The position numbers were made by a program, and so were the translations under genes. DNA of 64,000 nucleotides from Thermodesulfobacteriota bacterium. Its GTDB lineage: Bacteria > Desulfobacterota_D > UBA1144 > Nemesobacterales > UBA2774. Positions 20,170 to 30,114 of the stretch are shown here, in pieces. The stretch covers positions 1,792,001 to 1,856,000 of the forward strand of contig OZ244197.1 in NCBI GenBank assembly GCA_965216785.1, read 5' to 3'. The notes beneath the pieces are model-generated. The model worked only from the letters and a program-made list of their open reading frames with translations. It made no database searches and was not told the DNA's origin. How positions within the stretch are numbered: position 1 is the first letter of the stretch; each line of letters starts with the position of its first letter.

Positions 20170-20400
20170 CTAGTAGGGATGAGGTTTGAATGAGATTAAA
20201 GCCAGATATCTTCTCCGAAAATCACCCAGCTCCTACTTGATACAGATTCAAAATCCATCGGCTTTATTCAAATACCCTTACGATTCGCTCTCTCCAGCAT
20301 GTCACAGACAACGGAATTTTCGCTTAGGATGTGGGAAATGACAACAATAAGATCAACCGCATGCTCTTATAACATGATTTGATTGCGGCGTTTATAACCA

Positions 20401-20583
20401 AGGTCTCCTAATTCTTTCGGGAGGCTCGATAAAGAGGGGCTGATGAATTATCTGGCAATCCCTTTACACCTGAACGTGCTTACAGTGCTTCCGTTTGGCT
20501 ATTTTGATGAGAGCCTCGGGGGTGGAGATAAATTCAGGAGGAGTCCCGAAGAGGTGTTTCATTTAAATAGGTTCGGGGAGTGA
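20401..20583 (+). pseudogene. Nitroreductase C-terminal remnant
   Basis: Startless frame ...LDKEGLMNYLAIPLHLNVLTVLPFGYFDESLGGGDKFRRSPEEVFHLNRFGE* resembles nitroreductase C-termini; upstream part is degraded. Confidence 0.55.
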
Positions 20584-20713
20584 CTATAGGTGCCGAGGAG
20601 AATTTTTACCGGATGGCCTTTATTTACACCCGGCGAGTGTTTGAGTACGCATCTTTTATTTATACAAGCCACTCTGCTATACTTAAACCAGACTTGCTCA
20701 AAGGATGCAATAA

Positions 20714-21940
20714 TTGAATCCAATTGAAATAATTGTCGATATAGCCAGAGAAGTCGGGATTTCTGGTTTCTTGGATATAGCATTTATTACGATATTTATA
20801 TATGCAATCCTGGTGCTGTTTAAGCAGTCAAAAGCAAGATTTATTATTACAGGCATTCTTATATTAAGTGTAGTATATCTTATAGCCCGACAATTAAATC
20901 TAGCCTTAACTACATCTCTTCTCCAAGCCTTTTTCGCGGTCATCTTGCTTGCTCTTATTATTATCTTCCAGGAAGAAATAAGGCGCCTTTTTGAGCACAT
21001 TGCACTATGGAGCTTAAATCCTAAAGTAAGGTCAAATAAGACTACCAGTCCTGACAATAAGGAAACAGGAATTCTTGTTGATACTCTTTGTGATTTGGCT
21101 CAGCATAAAATTGGAGCGCTCATTGTAATCAAAGGTAAAACGGATTTATCTGGATATTTGGAGGGCGGTGAGATATTAGATGGGAGCATCAGCGAACCTC
21201 TTCTTAAGAGTTTATTTGACCCACATTCGACAGGCCATGATGGAGCAGTGGTAATAAGTAAAGGGAGAATAACATTTTTTGGCACTCACCTTCCCCTATC
21301 AAACAACTTTTCTCAACTTAAAAATAGAGGCACCCGTCACGCGGCTGCACTCGGAATATCGGAAGTTACCGACGCGCTTTGTCTTGTTGTTTCAGAAGAG
21401 AGGGGAACCATATCAATTGCCCATACCGGTGAACTAAAACAAATCGGCTCGGAACAACTAAACATTACTCTTGAGTCTTTTTATGAAGACATAAACCCGC
21501 CTGCTAAAAAAATGCCTCGTTTGGATTTCTCTCGGAATTATAAAGAGAAAATACTAGCATTACTCGCAGCTATAATTCTTTGGTTCGTATTCGTACATGA
21601 ATCAAGAACTGTTTACAGAAGTTTTGAGATACCAATTGAGCATACAACTCTTCCAGCCGGTTTCAAAGTTAAAGAAATAGATCCAGATAAAGTAAGCGTT
21701 ACTTTTTTAGGACCTAGAAGAGAGTTCTATTTCTTTAATGAGAACCAGGTCAGTTTAATACTGAAAATCCCAAATGCCGAACACGGTTTAGAACGCATTG
21801 ATATTTCCGAGTCCAACATTAAGTTTCCAAATGATCTATCTTTAGAAGATGTCGAGCCAAGAACAGTTACTGTACACATTGAAAAAATAGAAGCATTGAA
21901 TAAACAAGGGGATAATTTAAAAAACCAAGATCCTAGGTAG
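20714..21940 (+). CDS. dacA: Diadenylate cyclase CdaA/DacA with fused C-terminal TM and YbbR-like domain
   Basis: 3 N-terminal TMs, FQEEIRR, HDGA, GTRHAAALG, VSEERG; extra TM and YbbR-like tail. Confidence 0.85.
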   Translation: MNPIEIIVDIAREVGISGFLDIAFITIFIYAILVLFKQSKARFIITGILILSVVYLIARQLNLALTTSLLQAFFAVILLALIIIFQEEIRRLFEHIALWSLNPKVRSNKTTSPDNKETGILVDTLCDLAQHKIGALIVIKGKTDLSGYLEGGEILDGSISEPLLKSLFDPHSTGHDGAVVISKGRITFFGTHLPLSNNFSQLKNRGTRHAAALGISEVTDALCLVVSEERGTISIAHTGELKQIGSEQLNITLESFYEDINPPAKKMPRLDFSRNYKEKILALLAAIILWFVFVHESRTVYRSFEIPIEHTTLPAGFKVKEIDPDKVSVTFLGPRREFYFFNENQVSLILKIPNAEHGLERIDISESNIKFPNDLSLEDVEPRTVTVHIEKIEALNKQGDNLKNQDPR

Positions 21941-21954
21941 GGGAGGACACACCT

Positions 21955-23268
21955 ATGGAAACAACTACACCACTTTTGCCCTATGTGCAAAAATTCTTTG
22001 AATACGATCCTTTGACTGCAACCCACGCACTTGAAACTATGGATGAGGAGGAGGCAATCAAGATACTCACCATTCTTCCGGCTTCTATGTCCTCAAGTAT
22101 CTTTCGAAGATTGCCCACCGAACTAGCTGCGTCGCTGCTTGAAAAGGTCCCGCCCGAGACATTTATAGAAATTGCGGAAAAAATGGAGCCCCAGCAGGGC
22201 GCTACAATACTCATGCACATAACTGATGAAATAAGAACCAGAATGCTGACACACTTGCCGGATAAGACCAAGATGGCAATACAAGAGATACTGACTTATC
22301 CGAAGGGAAGTGTGGCTAGTATTATGACCACTAAATACGTAGCATTCCATAAAGATATTAGAATTTCAGATGTAGTTGAAAACATCCGTCAAAGAGCTCA
22401 TTCCAAAGCTCCGCCAGCGAGTTATGTATATGTTATAGACAATGAAAATCACCTGATTGGTGTCCTCAATATGCGTGATCTCATAATTGCAGATTCCGAT
22501 TCAAAGCTTGAATCAATAATGATAAAAAATCCGTATTGTATAAACGCTTTTACAGAGAGGGAGGTTGCGGCTAATGAGCTCGCCGACCGAAAATATTTTG
22601 CAGCTCCCGTAGTCGATAATGAAAACCACCTTTTGGGCATAGTAAAAGCCGATCAATTAATCAGCCAAGCTCAAGAAGACGCAAGTGCAGACCTTCAGAA
22701 AATGTTCGGAGTATCTCCAAGTGAGCATGTATTCTCATCGATTAAATTTTCTCTTACTAAACGACTTCCCTGGCTTCATATTAACTTGGTTACCGCTTTT
22801 ATGGCCGGGTCGGTTATTGCTATATTTGAGGGGATCATTGCTAAGATTACTGTTTTAGCCATATTTCTCCCTATAATTGCTGGCCAGGGCGGTAACGCTG
22901 GTTCCCAGTCATTGGCTGTAGTGATGAGGGGGCTTGTAATGAGGGAAGTTTCACCAAGAGAGACAAAGCAATTGGTGATGAAAGAGGCTAAACTCGGTCT
23001 TATAAATGGCGTAGTAATAGGATTTGTTACTGCGCTTATTGCTTGGATGTGGAAAGGTAATCCATACCTTGGACTCGTGATTGGACTTGCTATGATAGTG
23101 AACTTAGTGGCCGCAGGTGTTTCAGGAGCAATTATTCCCCTTACTCTCAAAGCATTCGGACAAGACCCCGCTCAGTCTTCAGCTATCTTACTCACCACTG
23201 TGACCGATATTATAGGATTCTTTTCATTTCTCGGGTTTGCTATGATATTCCAGAGTTTATTAATATAG
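21955..23268 (+). CDS. mgtE: Magnesium transporter MgtE
   Basis: MgtE_N, CBS pair, RLPWL, GGNAGSQ, DPA..S..LTTVTD. Confidence 0.93.
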   Translation: METTTPLLPYVQKFFEYDPLTATHALETMDEEEAIKILTILPASMSSSIFRRLPTELAASLLEKVPPETFIEIAEKMEPQQGATILMHITDEIRTRMLTHLPDKTKMAIQEILTYPKGSVASIMTTKYVAFHKDIRISDVVENIRQRAHSKAPPASYVYVIDNENHLIGVLNMRDLIIADSDSKLESIMIKNPYCINAFTEREVAANELADRKYFAAPVVDNENHLLGIVKADQLISQAQEDASADLQKMFGVSPSEHVFSSIKFSLTKRLPWLHINLVTAFMAGSVIAIFEGIIAKITVLAIFLPIIAGQGGNAGSQSLAVVMRGLVMREVSPRETKQLVMKEAKLGLINGVVIGFVTALIAWMWKGNPYLGLVIGLAMIVNLVAAGVSGAIIPLTLKAFGQDPAQSSAILLTTVTDIIGFFSFLGFAMIFQSLLI

Positions 23269-23319
23269 CGTTGACCGATAAACTAACAAATTAGTTCGCT
23301 CTGCTGAGATTGCGTTCTA

Positions 23320-24342
23320 TTAACTATTCGGATTTTTCTTTTTAGCCAACTCCTGCATGTCTTCGTGTATATCTGATTCATCAACTATTTCTTCTCCGAT
23401 TAAAGACTCTATTACATCTTCTAAGCTGACTACTCCGATAAATCTGTTATTTCCATCCCTGACACAAAAGAGGTGGCGGCGAGTATCTATAAATTTATCC
23501 AGAAGCTCGTGTAAAGGCATCCCTCCATGAACAAAGTCTGGTGATACCATCAAATTGTTAATCTGCACATCGCTTTTTCCCTTAAGTAAAGCAAAATCAA
23601 TATCACGTCTATTAACTATTCCTATTATATTATTTTTGTCATTTTCGCCATACACCGGCATTCTACTGAAAATCCAGTTTTCAGAATCGATATCGATATC
23701 CTTGATAGCTATATTTCCCGGCAAACTGTAAACAACGGAACGAGGAGTCATAATGTCGTGAACAATAGACCTGTCAAGGAGCAATGCATTTATTACCATG
23801 CGGGCTTCATGAGACATTATGGCACGACTATGACGACCAAGTAATGCTAAGCTAATTATATCCTCTTCTGTAGGGAAATTTATGTGACTCTCTTTTCCCC
23901 AGACTCTTGTTATAACGACAGTAATTTTTACGAAGGGCCAGAGCGCTTTAACAAAAAAGGTAATAACACCAGCCAACCGGGGTGCGATTGAGCTTGCAAA
24001 AGTCACTCCTAATGATTTAGGGAGTATTTCACTCAAAAAAAGAACGGCTCCTGTGAATACCCCCGAAAATATACCAAGCCACATATCACCATAGTGTTTG
24101 GCGATTAATCCGGCTGACCATGTTGCCCCTATTATATTGATAGCGGTATTAAGAGTGAGGATTGCTGCAATCGGCTCATCAATTTTATCCCGCAGCTTAG
24201 CAAGCTTAACGCCGCCCGGATCACCACTTCGTTTTAAGGATTCGATGCGGCCCCTCGGTATTGCATATAGAGCTGCCTCCATAAGCGAACAAAAAAAATA
24301 ACCCAGGAGTGTAACCCCTACTATCACGGCTATAGCAAACAT
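23320..24342 (-). CDS. CNNM/CorC (DUF21 + CBS) putative Mg2+ exporter, paralog A
   Basis: FCSLMEAA, AILTLNT, SEILPK, MTPR, SRMPVY, GVVSLEDVIE.LIGEEIVDE. Confidence 0.88.
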   Translation of the reverse strand: MFAIAVIVGVTLLGYFFCSLMEAALYAIPRGRIESLKRSGDPGGVKLAKLRDKIDEPIAAILTLNTAINIIGATWSAGLIAKHYGDMWLGIFSGVFTGAVLFLSEILPKSLGVTFASSIAPRLAGVITFFVKALWPFVKITVVITRVWGKESHINFPTEEDIISLALLGRHSRAIMSHEARMVINALLLDRSIVHDIMTPRSVVYSLPGNIAIKDIDIDSENWIFSRMPVYGENDKNNIIGIVNRRDIDFALLKGKSDVQINNLMVSPDFVHGGMPLHELLDKFIDTRRHLFCVRDGNNRFIGVVSLEDVIESLIGEEIVDESDIHEDMQELAKKKNPNS

Positions 24343-24378
24343 AAGCTCCTTTCCTTATAACACTTAGAGATATGATTA

Positions 24379-25401
24379 TTAACCCTTAGGACCTTTCCTT
24401 TTTGCTAATTCTTGCATGTCTTCATGAATATCGAGCTCGTCCACTATCTCTTCGCCTATTAGGGACTCGATAATGTCCTCCAAAGTGACAATACCCATAT
24501 ACTCATCCTTTGAGTTCTTCACACAGAATAGATGTCTTCTTGTTAAGATAAAACGCTTAAGCAGCTCGTTCAGATGCATATCCTCGGGCACGATGTCAGG
24601 AGGTATCATAACACTCCTTAATGTTTTGTTACCCTCACCTCTCATTAGAGCCATATAGACATCGCTTCTTAAAGCCACGCCTACTATATTGTCAGGTTGC
24701 CCTTCTGTATAAACAGGAATTCTGCTGTAATGCCAGTAGTCCGAATCCAGGTCTATATTCCCCAGTATTGTGCTGTCCGGCATCTCCATTACTACGGATT
24801 TGGGTGTGTAGATCTCCTTAACCCTCAACTCGTCCAGCCTGAGTGCGTTTGTTACAATTTCCGCCTCCTCGGGCAGTATTCCGCCACCATGATGCGTAAG
24901 CTCGGCAAGGCTCTTTAAATCATCTTCCGTTGGGAAGTTCAGGTGAGAATTCTTGCCCCACAGGCTTGTAATAAACACGCTCAGTTTTACAAAAGGCCAT
25001 AGTATTTTGATGAGAAAATCAATCAGTATGGACAAGCGTGGAGCGAGGGCGTTTGCATAAGTTACTCCCAGGGACTTTGGAATAATTTCGCTGAATATCA
25101 AAACTCCCCCTGTAAATAGGCCGGAAAAAACTCCGAGCCAAGTATCCCCGTAATACCTGGCAACCAGAGAGCCCGCAATGGACGCCCCGATTACGTTTAC
25201 AGCAGTGTTGAGAGTTAGTATAGCTGCTATAGGCTGATCAATATTATCTCTTAGTCTGGCCAGCCTTATCCCGCCCGGGTCACCTTCCCGCTTCAAAGAC
25301 TCGATCCTGCTCCGGGGAATGGAATATATTGCAGCTTCCATAAGCGAGCAGAAAAACGATCCCAATAAGCTGATTCCTGTTATTATTGCAATAGCGTACA
25401 T
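24379..25401 (-). CDS. CNNM/CorC (DUF21 + CBS) putative Mg2+ exporter, paralog B
   Basis: Same motifs and same 340-aa length as the neighbouring paralog. Confidence 0.88.
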   Translation of the reverse strand: MYAIAIITGISLLGSFFCSLMEAAIYSIPRSRIESLKREGDPGGIRLARLRDNIDQPIAAILTLNTAVNVIGASIAGSLVARYYGDTWLGVFSGLFTGGVLIFSEIIPKSLGVTYANALAPRLSILIDFLIKILWPFVKLSVFITSLWGKNSHLNFPTEDDLKSLAELTHHGGGILPEEAEIVTNALRLDELRVKEIYTPKSVVMEMPDSTILGNIDLDSDYWHYSRIPVYTEGQPDNIVGVALRSDVYMALMRGEGNKTLRSVMIPPDIVPEDMHLNELLKRFILTRRHLFCVKNSKDEYMGIVTLEDIIESLIGEEIVDELDIHEDMQELAKRKGPKG

Positions 25402-25439
25402 AGATCAATTCCTTCCCTTTAGGCAACTAAGTGTAGCAC

Positions 25440-26396
25440 TCAGTTATCGGCTGTGTCCTCTATACCGACATTGATGAGAGCGTCTCCCCTATTTACAATC
25501 GGTAGACTTCTGATACCGATTATATAACCGTCCGTGCTAGTTCTTATTTTATGTTCAGTCTCGCCAAAGGGGTCGGTAATGCTCGCGATGATTTGGCTTT
25601 TCTTGACTTTCTCACCATATTCTACAAAAGCTCTATAAATTCCCGAGTTCCTTGCACGTATCCATGAAGTACTTCTAATCTCTACAGAGCTCTTTCGTTT
25701 TTGTGGATTTACTTTCATCATTTTTAAATGCTTCATGAGCCGCTTGATTCCCTCCATCCCTTCCTTAATTGCAAGCTCATCGAAGCGGAGTGATTCCCCG
25801 CCTTCGAAAACAAGAATAGTTTTCCCCTCTTTATGCGCCGATTTTCTCAATGAATCGTCTCTTAGTTTAGAATTTATTATAAAAGGTGGAGCGAAGGCAC
25901 GGGCCAGAGTTAAATTGTCCGGCGCATCAAACGTACATCTCACCTGTGGATAATTATTATTTGCCCCTCCAGTGTGCAGATCGACTCCATAATCAATTAC
26001 AGGCATTATTTTACTCATCAAAGTATGAGCTACTCGTGAAGCGAGTGAGCCGGTTTTTGTACCCGGAAAACTCCTGTTAAGATCCCTGCCGTCCGGAAGA
26101 TACCGGGACTTGTTTAAAAAGCCATAAACATTAACGATGGGCACAGCGACTACCATTCCTGCGGATGGTATTACTGACTGGTTAACTATCAAACGTCTGA
26201 TTGTTTCAATACCATTTAGCTCATCTCCATGTATACCTGCCATAATAAGAAGACTGGGCCCTTCCTTTTTACCTCTGAAAACAAATACAGGCAAGTCTAT
26301 CATTGTATGCGTCGGCAGTTTTGCGACGTTCAAGTTTATTTGAGCGTTCTGCCCAGGTGCTATTTCTTCACCATTTATTACTATGGTTTCTGGCAT
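25440..26396 (-). CDS. Succinylglutamate desuccinylase/aspartoacylase (AstE/AspA, M14) family
   Basis: AGIHGDELNG, DLNRSFPG, DLHTG; C-terminal biotinyl-like domain. Confidence 0.9.
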   Translation of the reverse strand: MPETIVINGEEIAPGQNAQINLNVAKLPTHTMIDLPVFVFRGKKEGPSLLIMAGIHGDELNGIETIRRLIVNQSVIPSAGMVVAVPIVNVYGFLNKSRYLPDGRDLNRSFPGTKTGSLASRVAHTLMSKIMPVIDYGVDLHTGGANNNYPQVRCTFDAPDNLTLARAFAPPFIINSKLRDDSLRKSAHKEGKTILVFEGGESLRFDELAIKEGMEGIKRLMKHLKMMKVNPQKRKSSVEIRSTSWIRARNSGIYRAFVEYGEKVKKSQIIASITDPFGETEHKIRTSTDGYIIGIRSLPIVNRGDALINVGIEDTADN

Positions 26397-27305
26397 TTAT
26401 GATTTTACTCTATCTTTTATTAGTCTTTTGCGGTGAGCGTTTTCTTCTACAAACTCAATGATTTTTGATGCAACATCAATACCACTGGCTTTTTCAATAC
26501 CCTCAAGACCAGGGGATGAATTGACCTCCATAATCTTGGGGCCCGTACTGGATTGCAGCATGTCTACCCCGGCAACGTTAAGCCCGAGTAGCTTAGCTGC
26601 TTTAATAGCGGTCGAGCGTTCGCTTCTGCTAAGTTTGATTTCATTAGCGCTTCCACCACGGTGTATGTTTGAGCGGAACTCCCCTTCAGCGCCCTGTCTT
26701 TTCATAGCCCCTACGACTTTCCCACCTACAACGAACGCCCTTATGTCAGCTCCCTTAGATTCTTTTATAAACTCCTGAATGAGGATGTTAGCCTGGATAC
26801 CATAAAAGGCTTCCAAAACGGATTTTGCAGCTTTTTTGGTTTCTGTAAGTACGACTCCGATACCCTGTGTGCCTTGAAGGAGCTTTATTACTAGTGGAGC
26901 TCCCCCAACTTCCTCTATCAGGTGGTTTATATCGTCAGGGTCCGATGCAAAAGCGGTAACCGGCATTCCGAGTCCCGCGCGTGAAAGTATTTGCATACTG
27001 CGAAGTTTATCTCTTGACCTCACAATCGCCTGTGACTCGTTTACCGGGAACACATGCATCATTTCAAACTGTCTGACAACAGCAGTACCATAGAAGGTTC
27101 TTGAAGCGCCAATCCTCGGAATAACAGCATCGATCCCTGTGAGTTTTTCCCCATCGATATATATCTCTGGATTCTTTTTCTCTATCACCATGTAGCATTT
27201 CAGAAAATCTAACACTTGAACATCGTGCCCTCTCTCCTGAGCAGCCTCTACGAGTCTTTTAGTAGAATAAAGATTCTCGTTTCTCGACAATATGGCTATC
27301 TTCAT
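26397..27305 (-). CDS. rimK: RimK alpha-L-glutamate ligase (ATP-grasp)
   Basis: [52 protein letters not shown]. Confidence 0.95.
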   Translation of the reverse strand: MKIAILSRNENLYSTKRLVEAAQERGHDVQVLDFLKCYMVIEKKNPEIYIDGEKLTGIDAVIPRIGASRTFYGTAVVRQFEMMHVFPVNESQAIVRSRDKLRSMQILSRAGLGMPVTAFASDPDDINHLIEEVGGAPLVIKLLQGTQGIGVVLTETKKAAKSVLEAFYGIQANILIQEFIKESKGADIRAFVVGGKVVGAMKRQGAEGEFRSNIHRGGSANEIKLSRSERSTAIKAAKLLGLNVAGVDMLQSSTGPKIMEVNSSPGLEGIEKASGIDVASKIIEFVEENAHRKRLIKDRVKS

Positions 27306-27766
27306 TTTTGTCTCCCTTTGTTTTTATGCTTATATGATAGATTCGATTTAGTTACATCGACAACAAACCCCTCTTTCAATAATTTTCTGCCTAATAGTAT
27401 GGGTTTTCCCATTTTTGAGCGGTCACTTAAAGAAATCTCTATATCATAATTTTCCCCGAAAAGCCTTATGGAAGTCTTAATTATGCATCTTTTCTCCGAT
27501 ATACCAAACGAACTTTTGACATTCCTTATTGCGTGTAGCTTTACTCTGAACCTCTTTTCGTCATAATCTGGATGTGAGGGATCGAGAAGATTGAAAGTTA
27601 CATATTTTTGCCCGTCCTTCTCTTTTACTTTGATATTGTGGCAGTGTATTGACGATGTGTAGGCACCTGTGTCTATTTTTGCGTCAATGTCATAAAGCCT
27701 CATTCTTGGAAAGTCAACTTTATCTCTTCTGCCAATTAAGCGTTTTTCTGTTCTATTTTTAGACAT
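27302..27766 (-). CDS. RimK-associated retropepsin-like protease (RimB-like / 'ATP-dependent Zn protease')
   Basis: [25 protein letters not shown]; 4-nt overlap with rimK. Confidence 0.85.
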   Translation of the reverse strand: MSKNRTEKRLIGRRDKVDFPRMRLYDIDAKIDTGAYTSSIHCHNIKVKEKDGQKYVTFNLLDPSHPDYDEKRFRVKLHAIRNVKSSFGISEKRCIIKTSIRLFGENYDIEISLSDRSKMGKPILLGRKLLKEGFVVDVTKSNLSYKHKNKGRQK

Positions 27767-27825
27767 CTATATGCTTGATATTATTACACAGATATATCAT
27801 TATGTAACTAGAGGACGGTGCATTA

Positions 27826-29622
27826 ATGTTTGATTTTGTGACACAGCTGGACGATTTTTTCCTAGCACTATATGTTCATCTAACTTCCAATATAAAAGAC
27901 GAGTTAGCAGCTGCCGCAGTTCTTCTCGTAGTTTTTGTGGTAACGCTTCTTGTGCATAAAAAAGCAATCGGGTTTCTCCTACGCACCCAATGGAAGTTCA
28001 AGCCGTATGTACTGTTTCTCATAGCTCTCGTCTTTCCGCTTATTTATATTCTTATCGTAATTGGGGCGGCTCCACATTTGAAAGGTGGATTGACTCTAAT
28101 ATTATTCTCCTCTCTTGCTTATTTCTATCTTGGCTTTTACCTAATAAAGAACCTGCTTGAACCGCTCAGGATAAACAGCGTACCATGGAAGATTATTTCA
28201 TATGTATTATTATTATTGACCGTAATTTTCAACGCATTAGTTGATCTAAACACGCAGTTCTTTAAAAGCCCCGATTTACAAGAAGTATTCTCCATATTTT
28301 TCAAAGTCTCTGCAATACTGCTTATTTACATGTTTTTACTCAGAGCACTTAGGTTTTTAACTGAATTTCTTCCAGAGCGGCAAATAGTTGCGAAACATAT
28401 TATAGAGAGCCTCATAAGCGTAGTGTCGGTTCTATATATTATCCTCGCAGCGCTCTGGCTCTTTAAATTAGTCGGGTTCGCATCATCGCTATTTGTCGGC
28501 GGCGTGGCTGTATTTATTGCCGTAGTGGGCTATGGGCTTCTCAAATCTTTTGCTGCTAGTTATCTGGGGCCGAAAACAGATGGAAATCCTTCATATAGTG
28601 CGTTGCTAAAGAGTATTGAATCTTTCCTCATTCTGCTGCTGATCTATGTTCTATACATTATATTCAAACTCTCTTTTAACCTGGAGCAGGTTCATCACTT
28701 CCTTTCCGAGGCGTATCTAGTAAATACAGGCGTGATTGTTATATCTTTATTCTCTCTAGTTTCTGGGCTCTTCATGTTCTTCTTTTTACTTTCAATGATG
28801 GGGATCTTAAAACAAATAGTTTATTTCTACAACATGAAGCTCGGCAGGGAGCTCGAAGCGGCTTCGCTCAGGTCTTTGGTATCTAATCTCGGCCTGTTGA
28901 TCGTAATAATGATTGCCCTTTCCGGGATCGGCCTTACATGGAAAGCATTACTCCCCATAGCGGGTGCTCTGGGAATAGGTATTGGGATTGGGCTCCAAAC
29001 TATTATGAATAACTATCTTAGCGGCTTCATACTCTTATTCAGTAAGCGCCTTAAGATTGGAGACATTATAGAATTTGACGGTAATGCGGGTAGAGCTATT
29101 GGGAATACATTAGAGACCATATATGGTCGTGTCGTAAGTATTGATACATTTTCAAGCGTAGTAACGACTACTGACGGCATCGAAATAGTTGTCCCCAACT
29201 CACAATTTATAGATAAGCAGATGGTAAATTATTCACTTTCTGACTATACAATCAGGGTTAGGATTCCTTTCGGTGTCTCCTATTCTGCAGATCCCAATAC
29301 AGTAAAAGATATACTTTTAAAAGTAGCCAATGAAAATACTCAAATACTCAGGTCTCCCGAGCCCGGCCTTTGGTTTACGGAATATGCCGATAGCGCCCTG
29401 GTGTTCTATCTGCTTTGCTGGGTTAATATCAAGGACATTTGGAAAATAAAACCTGTCATTAGCGATATTTACTTCAAGAGCTGGTATGAGCTGAAAAAAG
29501 CCGGTGTAGTCATACCATTCCCGCAAAGAGATGTGTGGTTTAAAAATAATCTTAAGGTCGAGATAGAGAAAGATCTCGGAGAGCACTTTCAAAAGAAACC
29601 GGGCGACTGGGGAGGTGAATAA
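27826..29622 (+). CDS. MscS-family mechanosensitive channel with extended N-terminal TM region
   Basis: GALGIGIGIGLQTIMNNYLSG, VPNS, GVSY, IPFPQRDV. Confidence 0.9.
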   Translation: MFDFVTQLDDFFLALYVHLTSNIKDELAAAAVLLVVFVVTLLVHKKAIGFLLRTQWKFKPYVLFLIALVFPLIYILIVIGAAPHLKGGLTLILFSSLAYFYLGFYLIKNLLEPLRINSVPWKIISYVLLLLTVIFNALVDLNTQFFKSPDLQEVFSIFFKVSAILLIYMFLLRALRFLTEFLPERQIVAKHIIESLISVVSVLYIILAALWLFKLVGFASSLFVGGVAVFIAVVGYGLLKSFAASYLGPKTDGNPSYSALLKSIESFLILLLIYVLYIIFKLSFNLEQVHHFLSEAYLVNTGVIVISLFSLVSGLFMFFFLLSMMGILKQIVYFYNMKLGRELEAASLRSLVSNLGLLIVIMIALSGIGLTWKALLPIAGALGIGIGIGLQTIMNNYLSGFILLFSKRLKIGDIIEFDGNAGRAIGNTLETIYGRVVSIDTFSSVVTTTDGIEIVVPNSQFIDKQMVNYSLSDYTIRVRIPFGVSYSADPNTVKDILLKVANENTQILRSPEPGLWFTEYADSALVFYLLCWVNIKDIWKIKPVISDIYFKSWYELKKAGVVIPFPQRDVWFKNNLKVEIEKDLGEHFQKKPGDWGGE

Positions 29623-30063
29623 TGTCTTCGAGGCTAGTAAAAAAGACATCAGCCAAAAAGGCCTACGACCGGGCTCACTAATTTACATTGGCGAACAAAA
29701 AGTCGATAAAGTCAGAATCAGGGTAATAGATTACGATGAGAAGAACCTAATTGAGTATGAATATGAAAGTATTGAAGAAACCTTTTCATTCAAAGATAAC
29801 AATTCTGTTTCATGGATAAATATAGACGGTCTACACGATGTGGAAGTTCTCAGAAAATTAGGCGAAAATTTCGGAATTCATAATCTCGTTCTTGAAGATA
29901 TTTTAAACACTGACTTCCCTGACTTTTATAGCCGGCCTTTACGGAATGAATTTTGATAATATGCCGGAGCTACATAAGAATTGGGGCTACCCTATAGTTA
30001 TTATCGTTATAGTAGTTGTAGCAGTAGGAATGATATATTATTTTAAGAAAAAAATGGTTTTAG
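29622..30063 (+). pseudogene. corA: CorA Mg2+ transporter pseudogene (internal deletion plus frameshifts)
   Basis: N-terminus MSSRLVKK../GLRPGSLIYIGE..WINIDGLHD..LEDILNT joined at ~29913, in another frame, to [21 protein letters not shown]; frameshifts in A-runs at ~29655 and ~30050. Confidence 0.85.
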
Positions 30064-30114
30064 TTGTTGTTTCTTAAATCGATAGTTATCGGTCAAGGAC
30101 TGAATGGGGACACT

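Noticed and set aside
20170-20713. M-box or c-di-AMP (ydaO) riboswitch upstream of dacA-mgtE
   Set aside because: No consensus recognised; much of the region is a nitroreductase remnant.
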